NCBI GenBank assembly: GCA_951406725.2
Contig: OX597838.1
Span: 18,538,001 to 18,602,000, forward strand
Direction: 5' to 3'
From: Octopus vulgaris
Taxonomy: Eukaryota
DNA: 64,000 nt
Below, one piece after another: positions 42,968 to 56,694 of the stretch. The notes beneath the pieces are model-generated. The model did not search any database. It saw nothing but the letters and a program-made list of their open reading frames with translations, and had not been told where the DNA came from. The stretch's first letter is position 1; the number at the start of each line of letters is the position of its first letter. The position numbers and the translations under genes were made by a program.

Positions 42968-43168
42968 TATATATCGCGATAGGTGAAAATCCGCGAAGTA
43001 GAATCAGTACTGTACTGTATATTTTTTTTAATTATTTTTATGATTTGTATATATTTATTTCATTATAAATACAAAACAACACCACGGAAGAATCGATGTA
43101 AGCTCAAACAACAAACCACGATAAATGAACCACGATCGGAGAACCGCGATATGGCGAGGTAATAATGT
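42968..43168. mobile_element. Partial copy of the pogo/Tigger-like MITE at 59331-59545
   Basis: rc similarity: gtgaaaatccgcgaagtagaa, gataaatgaaccacgat. Confidence 0.6.
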
Positions 43169-43217
43169 ATATATAATGTACTTATATATATATACATACA
43201 TACATACATATATATAT

Positions 43218-43380
<163 letters not shown>

Positions 43381-43563
43381 CATACACACACACTCACACA
43401 CATATTTATATATATATCAAAATAAGCTACTAGGATTTTGATTTTAATCACCTTACTTTGAAATTATATGGATAATACCGTACTAAATTCTGACGCCTCA
43501 ACTTAATTACCATATTCATCTGATTCTAAATGTTTGCTGAACTCAGCTACGATACCCAAATGA

Positions 43564-43616
<53 letters not shown>

Positions 43617-43859
43617 ATGCTTGTATTTGCAAAGATTCGTAAGTAAATGTATTCATGCTTATTTCAATGTGTATTTGACCGTTTCCCTCACATAAACGTG
43701 GATCTACATTCGTTTATAAGTCTACATACATGTATATGTATATTTGTTACATCACTAAACTTCAATTTCATACAGTTCCATCAATGATTTGCAATTGTAA
43801 TTTCCTAATCAGTCGTGTTCAAAGGCAGCGAGCTGGCAGAATGCTTAGAATAACGCTAA

Positions 43860-44175
43860 CATATATCACCGTGATTACCGTGACCGACCAGGCTATCAGA
43901 TGTTGCTACACATCGCTGGTCACAATGCGCTTCGCACTGTTTTAGCCTTCAAATGACGCCACCCCGCCGGCTAAGCAAACAGGCCAACAGAAGAACGAGT
44001 GAGAGAAAGTTGTGGCGAAAGAGTAGAGCAGGGAACGCCACCACCCTCTGCCGGAGCCTCATGGAGTTTTATGTGTTTTCGCTCAATAAACACAACGCCT
44101 GGGTCTGGGAATCGAAACCGCGATCCTACAACCGCAACTCCGCTACCCTAACAACTGGGCCATTGCGCCTCCATG
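43860..44175 (-). mobile_element. SINE C-type head and body with a different 3' tail
   Basis: ggaggcgcaatggcccagt head and ccacaactttctctcactc body, then an unrelated tail (gcgaagcgcattgtgaccagcg). Confidence 0.85.
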
Positions 44176-44256
44176 CCAACATGCCAAAGGTAAAATAAGT
44201 GCCAGCTGGGGCACCAGGTTCGATTTAAATGACCAATAATAATAATAATGATAATA

Positions 44257-44295
<39 letters not shown>

Positions 44296-44833
44296 TAAGT
44301 AGATTTTGGTTTATATATGTTTAACCTCTCCACCAAACCGCATTAATCCCATCAACAAGGAGTGGAGCTTCCCTAGTTTATGAGCAGTGTCCCGCCCTCC
44401 ACATTTACAACATAACAAGTAAAATATGGTTAATTGTTGGTTCGTTGAGTCTGTTCAAGCTGTTCTGCCTTTGCTTTAAACTAATCAGTATTATTGGTTT
44501 ATGCCATGAGAAACACGTGTAGGCAGGCGTTCAGTAAATGTCTCTGGGAGTAAAAAAAAAACCCTTTTCCTAATTTTCGTAGACATTTTTGAAGAAGAGA
44601 ATTCTATAATTGTGGACCTTTAAATGCCAAACTGTTGGCAATTAAATGGTTTATCAAACGATTGAATTATATATCTATATGCATACACATATACACACAT
44701 ACAGAGTGGCACACAGACACGCACATGTTACCACGAGTTTACAATTATGTGTGCTTGCGGCTGTATCTCTTTCCCTTTCACTCTCATCCCCTCTCTCGCT
44801 CTTTCTCTTTATTTCGCTCTCTCAACGTACATA

Positions 44834-44872
<39 letters not shown>

Positions 44873-45048
44873 TTAAATATGTAAGCTTGTGTATGTGTGA
44901 GAGCATGGGCTTGCACGAACACGCGCGTGTCTGTATTATAGATATATATGCATGAATATATAAATAAATTTAGAATACATTTAGCACACATATAGTTATT
45001 TATAGGTATATACGTATGTGTGTCTGTATGTACGCATATATATGTAAT

Positions 45049-45081
<33 letters not shown>

Positions 45082-45112
45082 TTATATATATATGTATGTA
45101 TACATGTATGTA

Positions 45113-45167
<55 letters not shown>

Positions 45168-45173
45168 TATATA

Positions 45174-45830
45174 GGCGTAGGAGTGGCTGTGTGGTAAGTA
45201 GCTTGCTTACGAACCACATGATTCCGGGTTCAGTCCCTCTCCGTGGCACCTTGGGCAAGTGTCTTCTACTATAGCCTCGGGCCTACAACAGTCTTGTGAG
45301 TGGATTTGGAAGACGGAAACTGAAAGAAGCCCGTCGTATATATGTATATATATATATATATATGTATGTATATGTGTGTATATGTTTGTGTGTCTGTGTT
45401 TGTCTCCCCGAACATTGCTTGACAACCGATGCTGATGTGTTTACGTCCCCGAAACTTAGCGGTCCGGCAAAAAGAGACCGATAGAATAAGTACTAGGCTT
45501 ACAAAGAATAAGTCCTGGGTCGATTTGCTCGACTAAAGACGGTGCTCCGGCATGGCCGCAGTCAAATGATTGAAACAAGCAAAAGAGTACAAGAATAATA
45601 TATATATATATATTCTTTTACTTACTTGTTTCAATCATTTGACTGCGGCCATGCTGGAGCAGCACCTTTAGTCGAACAAATCGCCCCCCACCCCCGAACT
45701 TATTTTTTGTAGGCCTAATATTTACTCTAACCGTCTGTTTTGTCGAACCGCTAAGTTACGGGGGCATAAACCCATCAACATTGGTTCTCATGTGATGGTG
45801 GATAGGGAGACAAACACAGATGTACAAATA
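45174..45830. mobile_element. SINE A full length (+, 45174-45597) tail-to-tail with SINE A 3' half (-, 45612-45830)
   Basis: Tails face each other across a short TA run. Confidence 0.92.
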
Positions 45831-45860
45831 CATACATACACACACACATACATACATACA

Positions 45861-45960
<100 letters not shown>

Positions 45961-46082
45961 TTAGTTGAGTTAGAGGTTAAAATAACCGTCTAAGAGAGAC
46001 AAGTATCCATTACACTACTGATATATTATCTATATACAATCATGGACATATTATGTTCATTAACCCATGTTTATTCTTGGTT

Positions 46083-46130
<48 letters not shown>

Positions 46131-46209
46131 GCTTCTTTCAGTTTCCGTCTAGCAAATCCACTCATAAAGTTTTACTCGGCCCGAGGTTATTGTAGATATA
46201 TATATATAC

Positions 46210-46263
<54 letters not shown>

Positions 46264-46668
46264 GAGTCATTATGGCAATATAATTAACACACACACTGGT
46301 TTAATTCCACTTCTTTTTTACTAGTCAATTGGTTAAATGTCCAACTAACTTATCGATTGATTAGTTTGTTTTATTTTTGTGTGTCTATAAATAGTAACAG
46401 GCCGAAGCAAGATGAACAATAATCGCACTGCTATCTATAGACATGTTCATTTATTTATTAAAAAGCATATTTATATATACAACGTAATAATATAAAATGT
46501 TATGTCTCGTTCTTGAATAACTCTGTTTAGTGGGAGAGAGAGAGAGAAATTTAAGAGTGCAAGGGTCTAAATAATGTACACACATCTACACACATGAACG
46601 CTCGTGTACATATATATATATGCAGTCTTGTATTTACACACACATACATACAGACGCATATGTATATA

Positions 46669-46990
46669 TCTTTATATATAAAGCTGAAGTTGTCTGTGTA
46701 TGGGCAGGTTTGGTAGCCTTCAACTAACACTATCTCCTCCGAGACCCTGCGGCGCAAGTTGACCAAAATTGAGTGTATGATAGAAGAAGGCTTGCTCTTC
46801 CTTCCTTAGAAGGAAAAATGCAAATCGAACCATGTTATCACCAATAATTATTTACATCAAAGAGGTGCTTTTTTTTCTATGAAAATCACTATTTTTTACG
46901 ATTTTTTTACTCTGCTGTGTCGCCATTTTTCGGTGTATTTCTACCAGAAAAATGTTCACTTAAAGAGAATAACAAGCTAGATAATGCAAA
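46669..46990 (+). mobile_element. Non-autonomous Helitron, 3'-truncated
   Basis: Starts a|TC tttatatataaagctgaagttgtctgtg; homologous to rc of 60625-61007. Confidence 0.8.
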
Positions 46991-47027
46991 CTTTGATTTG
47001 GTGGACGGAACCTGAAAGAAACCCGTC

Positions 47028-47064
<37 letters not shown>

Positions 47065-47164
47065 ATACATACATGCACACGTATGTGTAGACAAATCTAA
47101 TCAACAAAATGGAAGTATGTACACAGGTATATCATACTTTTGCTTCCATTTTAAAGTATTTCTA

Positions 47165-47235
<71 letters not shown>

Positions 47236-47844
47236 CCATAATGATACATGAATGAGTGGAAATATACGCAGGCGTATATGTGTATGTGTGTTTTCATGTA
47301 ATTAGTGTATTTATATTCACCGCCATTGAAATTTATGCATATGTATGCAGATATTTTTAATTTTTTTAATATCTTTCTGAATGTATTTAGTTATTTATCT
47401 TTTTTAAATATAGGACGGCATAACGGGTAAAATATGAATTATCCAATGTGATACTACAGTCGTTTTCATAATTTGTTTCACAAGAATTCAGAGAAATATC
47501 ATTATCGCTGTTAGACAAACTTCAGAGCTTCACCGTCACAACTTTGATACGAAACTAATTTGATAAGTGCCATCGCACGAAACTCTCGGTCCTTGAGTCA
47601 CTCTGTAAATTCCTCCGATTGTTAATATATATATATATATATGTACTCATGTTCTGAGATCTACTTTTCTTGTTTGTACCACCAGACCTACCTACATACA
47701 TACATACATACATACATACATACATACATACATACATAAATACAGACATATATACATACAGTCAGACACACACACACACACAAAAGGCAAACAAGCACAC
47801 ACACATAGATAGACAGGCAGATAGACAGACAGACAGACAGATAA

Positions 47845-47927
<83 letters not shown>

Positions 47928-48043
47928 TGTGTGTGTATGTGTGTACGCGCGCGTATGTTGTATGTCTTATGTATGTATGTATGTATGTATGTATGTATGT
48001 ATGTATGTATGTATGAATGTATGCACATGTATTTCACAATCAC

Positions 48044-48535
48044 AGGATTTGTGAAGGAAGGTTGCAGAATGTTTGAAGAGAGACATCTTGATCATGAAAA
48101 ACTTAAACGCCAGCTTCGAAATAGCCACGGTATGAACATCTCTAAGATCATCGTGAGCCGGAGTTGTGACGTGTGTGGTCGTTTACTGCTCTCTAAGTCT
48201 GGGTATATCACTCATTTAAAATCACATAAAAAGAAATCTATGCAGCTCTACCCCTCCACTGCTGGGTGAAACAACATGTGTGGTGTGCAAAACAATCTGC
48301 AAATCAATACCTGGTCTTAAAAGGCATATGAGGGTACATAAGGATGACATCGCACAAGCTGACCCATTAAATCCAATAGAGGGCACATCTTTTATCTGTC
48401 ACCGTGAAAATCTAATGCTGGACTTAAAAGCCGCCTAAGGGGTCATGGACGGACGTCCGAAGCAGATGAAGATGATGGTTGATGGGGGTACATGGGGAGG
48501 CGGCAATCATCTGCAAAGATGAAGCAATCACACCA
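48044..48535 (+). pseudogene. RTE-clade LINE 3' end with C2H2 zinc fingers, followed by (ATGT)n
   Basis: VKEGCRMFEE..KRQLR..CDVCGRLLLSKSGYITHLKSH; CVVCKTICKSIPGLKRHMRVH; FICH..KSNAGLKSRLRGH; frameshifted. Confidence 0.75.
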
Positions 48536-48722
48536 TGTATGTATGTATGTATGTATGTATGTATGTATGTATGTATGTATGTATGTATGTATGTGTATGT
48601 ATGTGTATGTATGTATGTATGTATGTATGTATATATGTATGTATGTATGTGTATGGGTACGTGTGTATGTATGTATGAATGTGTATGTGTACGTCTGTAA
48701 GTATGTATGTATGTACGTATGT

Positions 48723-48899
48723 TGGGAGAATTCACAAAAAAACACGCAGACAGGTAGTGTAGACAACAAATAGATGTATTAGTTTAATGCTCGGGAAGTG
48801 AAAAGGTCTTTAACGTTTCGAGCCTACGCTCTTCCACAGAAAGGAACACGGAAACAAGGAGAGAAAATAAAGAATGTGTAGTGGCTACCGATCTATCAT
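48723..48899 (-). mobile_element. Family E element
   Basis: Same core as 1050-1085, on the minus strand. Confidence 0.8.
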
Positions 48900-49719
48900 G
48901 TATGTATGTATGTATGTATGTATGTAGGTAGGTAGGTAGGTAGGTAGGTAGGTATGTAGGTAGGTAGGTAGGTAGGTAGGTAGGTAGGTAGTTAGGTAGG
49001 TAGGTAGGTAGGTAGGTAGGTAGGTAGGTAGGTAGGTAGGTAGGTAGGTAGGTAGGTAGGTAGGTAGGTAGGTAGGTATGCATGAAGAACTTAAGCGTGC
49101 TGCTTGAAAGCGCACTGCTGGTGTAGTAAATGGGGAAAGTTTGGTTTGCAATGTTTGCAGTCGTGTATGCTTGTCAAGAACAGGGCAAATTTTCAATCAA
49201 CGGAGTCGCAAATAGAAAATATAAGTTAGTCCTAGAGCGCACAATGTTCCTGAAGGTCAGCAATGGTCTTCCTCGGTCACAAGTTGCCGGCCATCATGTA
49301 TGTATGAAAGCATGCATTTATATAATCATACATATATGGAATATAACTAAGAAACACAGACGCACGCATACATGTGTACAGACATAACTTTACAAATGTT
49401 TGTACGAAACATAGAATATGAAACGGTATAGAAATTTCATTATCGACGCTGTTATATAATTAACAAAAGTTCTACGTAAACGATGTCATTTCTGAAATAC
49501 CCAGTGTGTTTAATTATGGGTGAGGAGAAAGAGAACTCGATTATGTATACACAACCTCGAATGCATTTTGTCTTCTCTTTGGTAAAACGACATCAATATT
49601 AAATGCGTGTTCAGAAATATTTGAATATTTGAATAGGAATTACCGTGAACTTGACATATCTCTGTGTGAGTGACATTGCTATCTTATCGTTTGTATACGC
49701 TAACACAAATATACATATC

Positions 49720-49772
<53 letters not shown>

Positions 49773-49948
49773 GTGTATGTACTTATATATGCACATATAT
49801 ACTTCCTCTCACTTCTAGTAACCTTTTAATGCACACGCATGCGTCGCATCGATAACATTGTTTCATTCACGTATGAATAACTATATATCTCCATCATAAC
49901 TTTCACTGTCTCTTTGTATTCATCCCACTTATACATATATATAATGTG

Positions 49949-50035
<87 letters not shown>

Positions 50036-50091
50036 GTATATATATATGTATATATATATACATATATATATACATATATATATATATATAC

Positions 50092-50156
<65 letters not shown>

Positions 50157-50158
50157 CA

Positions 50159-50516
50159 TTTTATTTATTTATTTAGTTTCAGTTCACAAGCTGTGGCCAT
50201 GCTGGGGCACCGCCATTTGGTGTTGCTACGTGATTTTACTTCACGAATGCTTTTTAGCAATTGCCATCTGGTGCATGAGAGAGTTCGATGCAGCTGCCCT
50301 CATCTGCACCTCCTGCCGTGAAGTTGGTTCATCTGGGACACCTGACAAGAAGAGATCCAGTTTCATTTTAAAGACATCTGCATCCACCCCATGCAGGTCT
50401 CTTAGGTTCTTCGGGAGGATATTGAAGAGCTGTGGGCCTCGGAAGCCCAGGCTATCACAGTATCTTGTACTACATCTTGATGACAAATTTGGAGTCCTTG
50501 GCACTATGCAGTGGCG
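50159..50516 (-). pseudogene. CR1-type LINE 3' end (ORF2 C-terminus, 3' UTR, (TAAA)n tail)
   Basis: [50 protein letters not shown], typical of invertebrate CR1-group ORF2 ends; stop at 50241-50243. Confidence 0.85.
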
Positions 50517-50722
50517 CATAGACATACATACATACATACATACATACATACATACATACATACATACATACATACATACATACTTATGTATGTATGTATG
50601 TAAATATATATATTTAAAATAATAAGGGCGAAAAATTGAATATTAATTTGATTATTAACCATTTAAAACCAGTGGTCTAGCATGTTTAAAAATCTAAAGT
50701 TCCAGAAAAATTATATTACATA

Positions 50723-50915
50723 CATATAAGTGGGGATGACCTATAAGTGGACATCTATTACGCTAGAAGAAGATCCGCTACGGTCTTACCACTAAGAAAG
50801 GAATATTCTGGCGTTTGCTAAATTTTCTTGAGAACATTCCTTTCTTAATGGTAAGACCACAGTAGATCTTCTTCGAGCATAATGCATGTCCACTTACAGG
50901 CATCCCTCATATATG
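50723..50915. repeat. Imperfect inverted repeat, ~85-bp arms
   Basis: gggatgacctataagtggacat...gaagaagatc...ggtcttaccactaagaaaggaatattct versus agaacattcctttcttaatggtaagacc...gatcttcttc...atgtccacttacaggcatccc. Confidence 0.9.
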
Positions 50916-51012
50916 TAATATATATATCGTCAGGCGAAGGCATGACTGTATGGTAAGGAGTTTGCCTCCCAACAACAGTTTCTCATTCTTAAGATATTTT
51001 TCGATGTTACTA

Positions 51013-51017
<5 letters not shown>

Positions 51018-51046
<29 letters not shown>

Positions 51047-51132
51047 CATTATTATCATTAAGGTCACTGCCTGGAATCTAATTCGTAAACTTGGGGTTAG
51101 TAGCCCGCACTCTGAACCACTACACCATATAC
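51018..51132 (-). mobile_element. Short tRNA-like SINE with (AAT)n tail
   Basis: Minus strand tggtgtagtggttcagagtgcgggctactaacccc...gattccaggcagtgacctt then (AAT)n. Confidence 0.7.
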
Positions 51133-51136
51133 CTAC

Positions 51137-51171
<35 letters not shown>

Positions 51172-51280
51172 ATATTTATGTATGTATGTATGTATGTATG
51201 CATGTATTATAGATAAATAGATAGATAGATATAGATATATATGTATGTCTGTATGTATGTATATATAAAACATACAAACG

Positions 51281-51329
<49 letters not shown>

Positions 51330-51689
51330 GCATATGTACATATATGAAGTACTACGTTGCGTGCGTAGTTTTGTTCTTTCGTTTATACGCCCTCCATCAT
51401 GTCGCCAACAATTACCCTATTTACTCGATTGCTTTATATTTCCATTTTACGTATCATCTCGGCTCCATATTCCGCCCAAAGTCCAAATCTTTTATTGATT
51501 TTAACGTTTGGCGTCACTATTTATTGGATCAGCCGCGTGTCGGCAACTGATTCAACCTCGTTCTATCCATCTGTTAATCAATTTTCCAAATGGCACATTT
51601 GCATCACTAGAAAGAAATCCATTTAACTATTCATTCAACGTCTCAAGCTGATGTTACTAGCATTTTCTTGTTTCTGTTATAGGTACAAT

Positions 51690-52285
51690 AACTGAAATTT
51701 GAGGGGAGAGATCGGTCGATTACCTTGACCGCAGTACTCAACTGTTACATATTCTGGATCTTTTCGGTTTGAACGGCACTTTTTAACAATTTCTAGGTAA
51801 ATAAAAATTTTTTAACTTCGTATACTGGTAGAATGTGTTTATAAAACATCTTGGCTTTATTGAGAAAATTTAGTTTGTAAGATATTTGTTGTTTTTTTCC
51901 TTCAATTTCTGCAATTTCAACTAATCACTGACGTCTATTGAGGTAAAAAAAACATTCTGTGCCGTATGAATATGTCCCTCGTTTAAGAAACAGATTGGGT
52001 TTATTTACATTTCTGAAGAAAAAAGATACCCTTCCCCCACCCCTAACCCTAACTAACCCTAACCCTAAAACAGATTGAAATGCAATAGATCGATACTAGG
52101 GTCATAATTATGGGTGACAATTTCATATGACACCGCTAGAAAAAACTGCCGTTCAAACCGAAAAGATCCCATATTTTATCGGATCCCCAAAGGATGAATG
52201 GCTAAGTCGACCTCTGTGACACTTAATCTCAGAACGTAAAGCCAGAAGAAATGTCCTTAACGACTCTCCCAGCTCTCCGTCGCCA
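51690..52285 (-). mobile_element. Diverged SINE B split by a MITE
   Basis: gtcgattaccttgaccgcagtactcaactg | MITE | tatcggatccccaaaggatgaatggctaagtcgacctc. Confidence 0.75.
51756..52169. mobile_element. MITE with 23-bp perfect TIRs and probable 8-bp TSD; contains (CCCTAA)-like repeats
   Basis: TIR ggatcttttcggtttgaacggca at both ends; flanks catattct/catatttt. Confidence 0.88.
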
Positions 52286-52287
52286 TT

Positions 52288-52402
52288 ATTGAGGCCGTGT
52301 TAAGTTACAGCTGCGCTGGACGGAGAACGTTTCCGAGGCGGAGGATCAATTTCTGCCCAAGATTGTGATGTATGGTGAACCTTCTACCACGGCACCGTGA
52401 GA
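52288..52402 (+). pseudogene. RTE LINE reverse-transcriptase C-terminal fragment
   Basis: QLRWTENVSEAEDQFLPKIVMYGE resembles the RTE motif QLRW.GHV.RM.D.RLPK.V.YGEL. Confidence 0.7.
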
Positions 52403-52545
52403 GATGATTGCTAATATAAAGATACTCATTGCTGCCAGTCACATTAAAAAATTTTATTCGTACCAATCATCCCCAGTACTCATTTTAAAGCCCGGTGAAG
52501 TGCTTTATATATACATATACATACACACACACACACACACACACA

Positions 52546-52584
<39 letters not shown>

Positions 52585-52736
52585 ACACATTCCGTCTGCC
52601 AAATTCACTCACAAGGCTTCGGTTGGCCCACGGCTAAAGTAGTAGACATTTACCCAAGGTATCACGTCGTGGGACTGAACCCAGAACCACGTGAGTGCGT
52701 GGTATATAGAGACCCGGACAGACAGATAGGCACACT

Positions 52737-52822
<86 letters not shown>

Positions 52823-53434
52823 CTGGTAATATCTCTTCAAAAAAGAAAAAAAAAATTTTTTCAGTCGCTTCAATAACGTTACTAATATGTATATTGTGTA
52901 TTCTAGAATTTAAAGTATGATGTATATTTTAAAGACCCAACGATTGCTTCCACTCTTGATTTTTTTCTTTCTTAATTTTGCAAATTTTCTCCAACAGATG
53001 ACTTCGTTTATACAAAAAGCTGTTACATAATATTTGTTGAGCATTTCCCATTTTGAAGTTAATTTAATATATTAATTATCTCCTCTTAAAATCGACTTTA
53101 TTGACATTTCAAATTCAATTATTCATTTTCTAAAATATTTAGGAACATATTAAAAAATAATTCTTCAAAGGTAAGCGTTCGTTTAGTGTGCGGCGTACCG
53201 CGTCAAAGAAATGGGGTGAAGGTAAAATGCGAAACAGGTAAAAAAGCAAAACAGATGAAACTGTGAAAGGCAAGCAACCAAAGAGTTAATCGGTGATTCT
53301 GGATACGTCAAGTACAAAGGAGAAACAAAAGTGAAGGGAAACCGAAGCAGTACTAATGTGAAATTGGGCAAACCGGAAACCGGGAAAATCGAGGCTCAGC
53401 ACACAAACACGCCACCCACAAATACACACGCATG

Positions 53435-53471
<37 letters not shown>

Positions 53472-53699
53472 ACACACACACGCACTCACGCACACACACA
53501 CGCACACATTCAAATTTGAAAGTAAAATTGAGGGTTTGTTTCGCGAATTGTTTCGCGTTACTGCGGGTGTGAAGCTCGAATGTGTGTGTATGTGTGGGAT
53601 GTATGGGTGGGTGTGTGCGGTGGGTGTGTGAGTGTGTGTGTGTGTGTGTGTGTGAGTGTGTGTTTTATGAATCCGCTTAGCCATGGCAGTGCCAAGAAA

Positions 53700-53912
53700 G
53701 CAGCGAGCTGGCAGAATCGTTAAGCATACAGGGCAAAATGTTTAGCGGCATTTCGTCTGTCATTACGTTCTGAGTTCAAATTCCGCCGAGGTCGGCCTGT
53801 CATCGTTTCGGAAATCGATAGAATAAGATCTAGCTGAGCATTAGGGGTCCAAGTAATCCTCTTACCCCTCCTCTAGAACTAATATCCTCCTATCAAATTT
53901 CCAAACCAATAT
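53700..53912 (+). mobile_element. SINE family B
   Basis: gcgagctggcagaatcgtta...gagttcaaattcc...aaaccaata. Confidence 0.85.
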
Positions 53913-53967
53913 TAATAAGATGTGAAAAGATGTGAATTCACTTGACATTCTCCGCTCAAGGTCAGTC

Positions 53968-54300
53968 TGAGACCCCTTCGGTCATGATTGACCATAGGAT
54001 TGCACCTAGAAAGTTATCCTCCGAGGCACAAGTCCGGGCAAGGTTGTTTCTGGAAGACCAGCAGTCGCCCATGCATACCGGCCTCCCCTCTTCACGCCAC
54101 CAGTGTTATCCAAGGGAAAGGCAAAGACCGATACAGCTTGGCACCTGTGACGTCGCAACTCATTTCTACAGCTGAGTGAACTGGAGCAACGTGAAATAGT
54201 GTCTTGCTCAAGAACACACACGTAGCTCGGTTCGGGATTCGAACTCACAACCTCACGATCGTAAGTGCGATGCTCTAACCACTGAGCCACGCGCCTTCAC
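53968..54300 (-). mobile_element. tRNA-derived SINE of a further family
   Basis: Minus strand ggcgcgtggctcagtggttagagc...gagttcgaatcccg; ttcttgagcaagacact (CORE-like) and cactcagctgtagaaatgagt central segment. Confidence 0.85.
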
Positions 54301-54622
54301 AGTACGGAGCGTAATATTAATTAATAGATAATAGGAAACAGAACAGGTGTTACACCATCAATTTCATTAGCTTACAATTGATTTAGCAATAAAGAAATCT
54401 GCTCTAAAGTACCTAACCACATGGTTCCGGGTTCAGTCTCGATGCATGGAACCTTGGGCACGTGCTTTCTTGTGAGTGGATTAGGTAGACAGAGACTGAA
54501 AGATGCCCGTCATATATGTATGTATATATATGTGTATGTGTGTGTGCGTACGCGTGTATTCCCCATCGTCTGTTGACAGCCGGTGCCGGTGTGTTTACAT
54601 CCCCGAAACTTAGCTGTGTGTG

Positions 54623-54664
<42 letters not shown>

Positions 54665-54740
54665 CGCAGATACTCACACACAAACACACACACATACACA
54701 CACACACACACACAACACACACAACACACACACACACACA

Positions 54741-54960
54741 GGTGAGCACATAAGTGCAAATCAGGGTGGAAAGAAATAGTACTCGGATATCAAAAGGTAG
54801 GGTAATATAGTTTTTATTAAAGCTGCAAAATTATCACAGAACCGCTAGATTTTCACGTTCTCGTTCGTCGAACATTTGCGAAAAGTATTTATCGAGACTC
54901 TCCGACGAACGGGAGCGTAAAGCTGAGTAACTGTGGAAATTTTGCAGCTTTGATAAAAAG
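54741..54960. mobile_element. Family F element with inverted duplication of the hammerhead-like end
   Basis: aaagctgcaaaatt..cgttcgtcg versus cgacgaacg..aattttgcagcttt. Confidence 0.65.
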
Positions 54961-55011
<51 letters not shown>

Positions 55012-55012
55012 T

Positions 55013-55060
<48 letters not shown>

Positions 55061-55094
55061 CTTAGAAATATTAATATTTCTATTTTTGAAAACT

Positions 55095-55512
55095 TATTTC
55101 TTTACTGCCCACAAGGGGCTCAACACAAAGGAGGCAAACAAGGACAGACAAACAGATTAAGTCGATTATATCGACCCCAGTGCATAACTGGTACTTAATT
55201 CATCGACCCTGAAAGGATGAAAGGCGAAGTCGTCCTCGGCAGAATTTGAACTCAGAACGTAACGTCAGACGGAATACCTATTTCTTGACTACCCACAAGG
55301 GGCTAAACACAGAGAGGACAAACAAGCACAGACAAACAGATTAAGTCGATTTAATCGACCCCAGTGCGTAACTGGTACTTATTTAATCGACCACCGAAAG
55401 GATGAAAGGCAAAGTCGACCTCGGCGAAATTTGAACTCAGAACGTAGCGGCAGACGGAATACCGCTAAGCATTTCGCCCGGCGTTGGTAACAATTTTGCC
55501 AGCTCGCCGCCC
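55095..55512 (-). mobile_element. SINE B dimer (full unit + headless unit)
   Basis: Two consecutive cccacaaggggct...gaactcagaacgt units. Confidence 0.9.
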
Positions 55513-55981
55513 TTGATGGCAACGAAAATATTTACAATATCTATTCCGTTTTTAGAAGGACATCTCTGGTTAACCAGCATTAAAAGCTAGAAAGGAAATT
55601 AGGTGTGTGTTGTTTAAAGGTGATATGGGGGGGGGATGTGACGATCTATTTCTTCTAGTTCGTTCGATGCCGTGCTTATGTCATGACACGTTTCAGTGAT
55701 TCTGTAGAGGGGGTAGTTTCGTGTATGTTGTTTGTTTTGTCGGTGAGACATATGCAATAGAGGAGTGTTTAAAGCGAGCTACGTAACTCTTTAACGACTT
55801 TAGGAAACCATAAGAACGATGCAGAAATCTTAAGTCTTTAATTAATTTTATCAAAACACCTGCGAGAGATTTCCATGATTTCAAACTGTGTATGTATATA
55901 TATAGCATATACACACACACACACACACATATATGTGTGTGCTTGTGTGCGTGGTGTGTTATCATTAATATTGTTGTTGCC

Positions 55982-56420
<439 letters not shown>

Positions 56421-56499
56421 TTATTGGTGTTGTTGTTAAAACTGAATCTGATAGTTTGTCTCATGACTCGTGTATATACATGTGTACGTATATGTGTGC

Positions 56500-56551
<52 letters not shown>

Positions 56552-56661
56552 ATGATAATGAAATTTTTGTGTATAGTGCTCAGGTGTATGTATATGCATA
56601 TTGTATGTGTGCGCGTGTATGCATGTGTGTGTACGTACATGTATATATATATATAACCATC

Positions 56662-56694
<33 letters not shown>

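Noticed and set aside
52041-52068. Telomere or chromosome-fusion signal
   Set aside because: Only about 4 units, internal to a MITE.
53170-53400. Purine-rich, coding-looking stretch with a nearby GTAAG donor
   Set aside because: Stops interrupt the plus frames and no domain is recognisable.
54225-54296. tRNA-like sequence (also the heads at 35897, 57320, 61605)
   Set aside because: Continuous with SINE bodies; no complete acceptor stem, so not called as tRNA genes.
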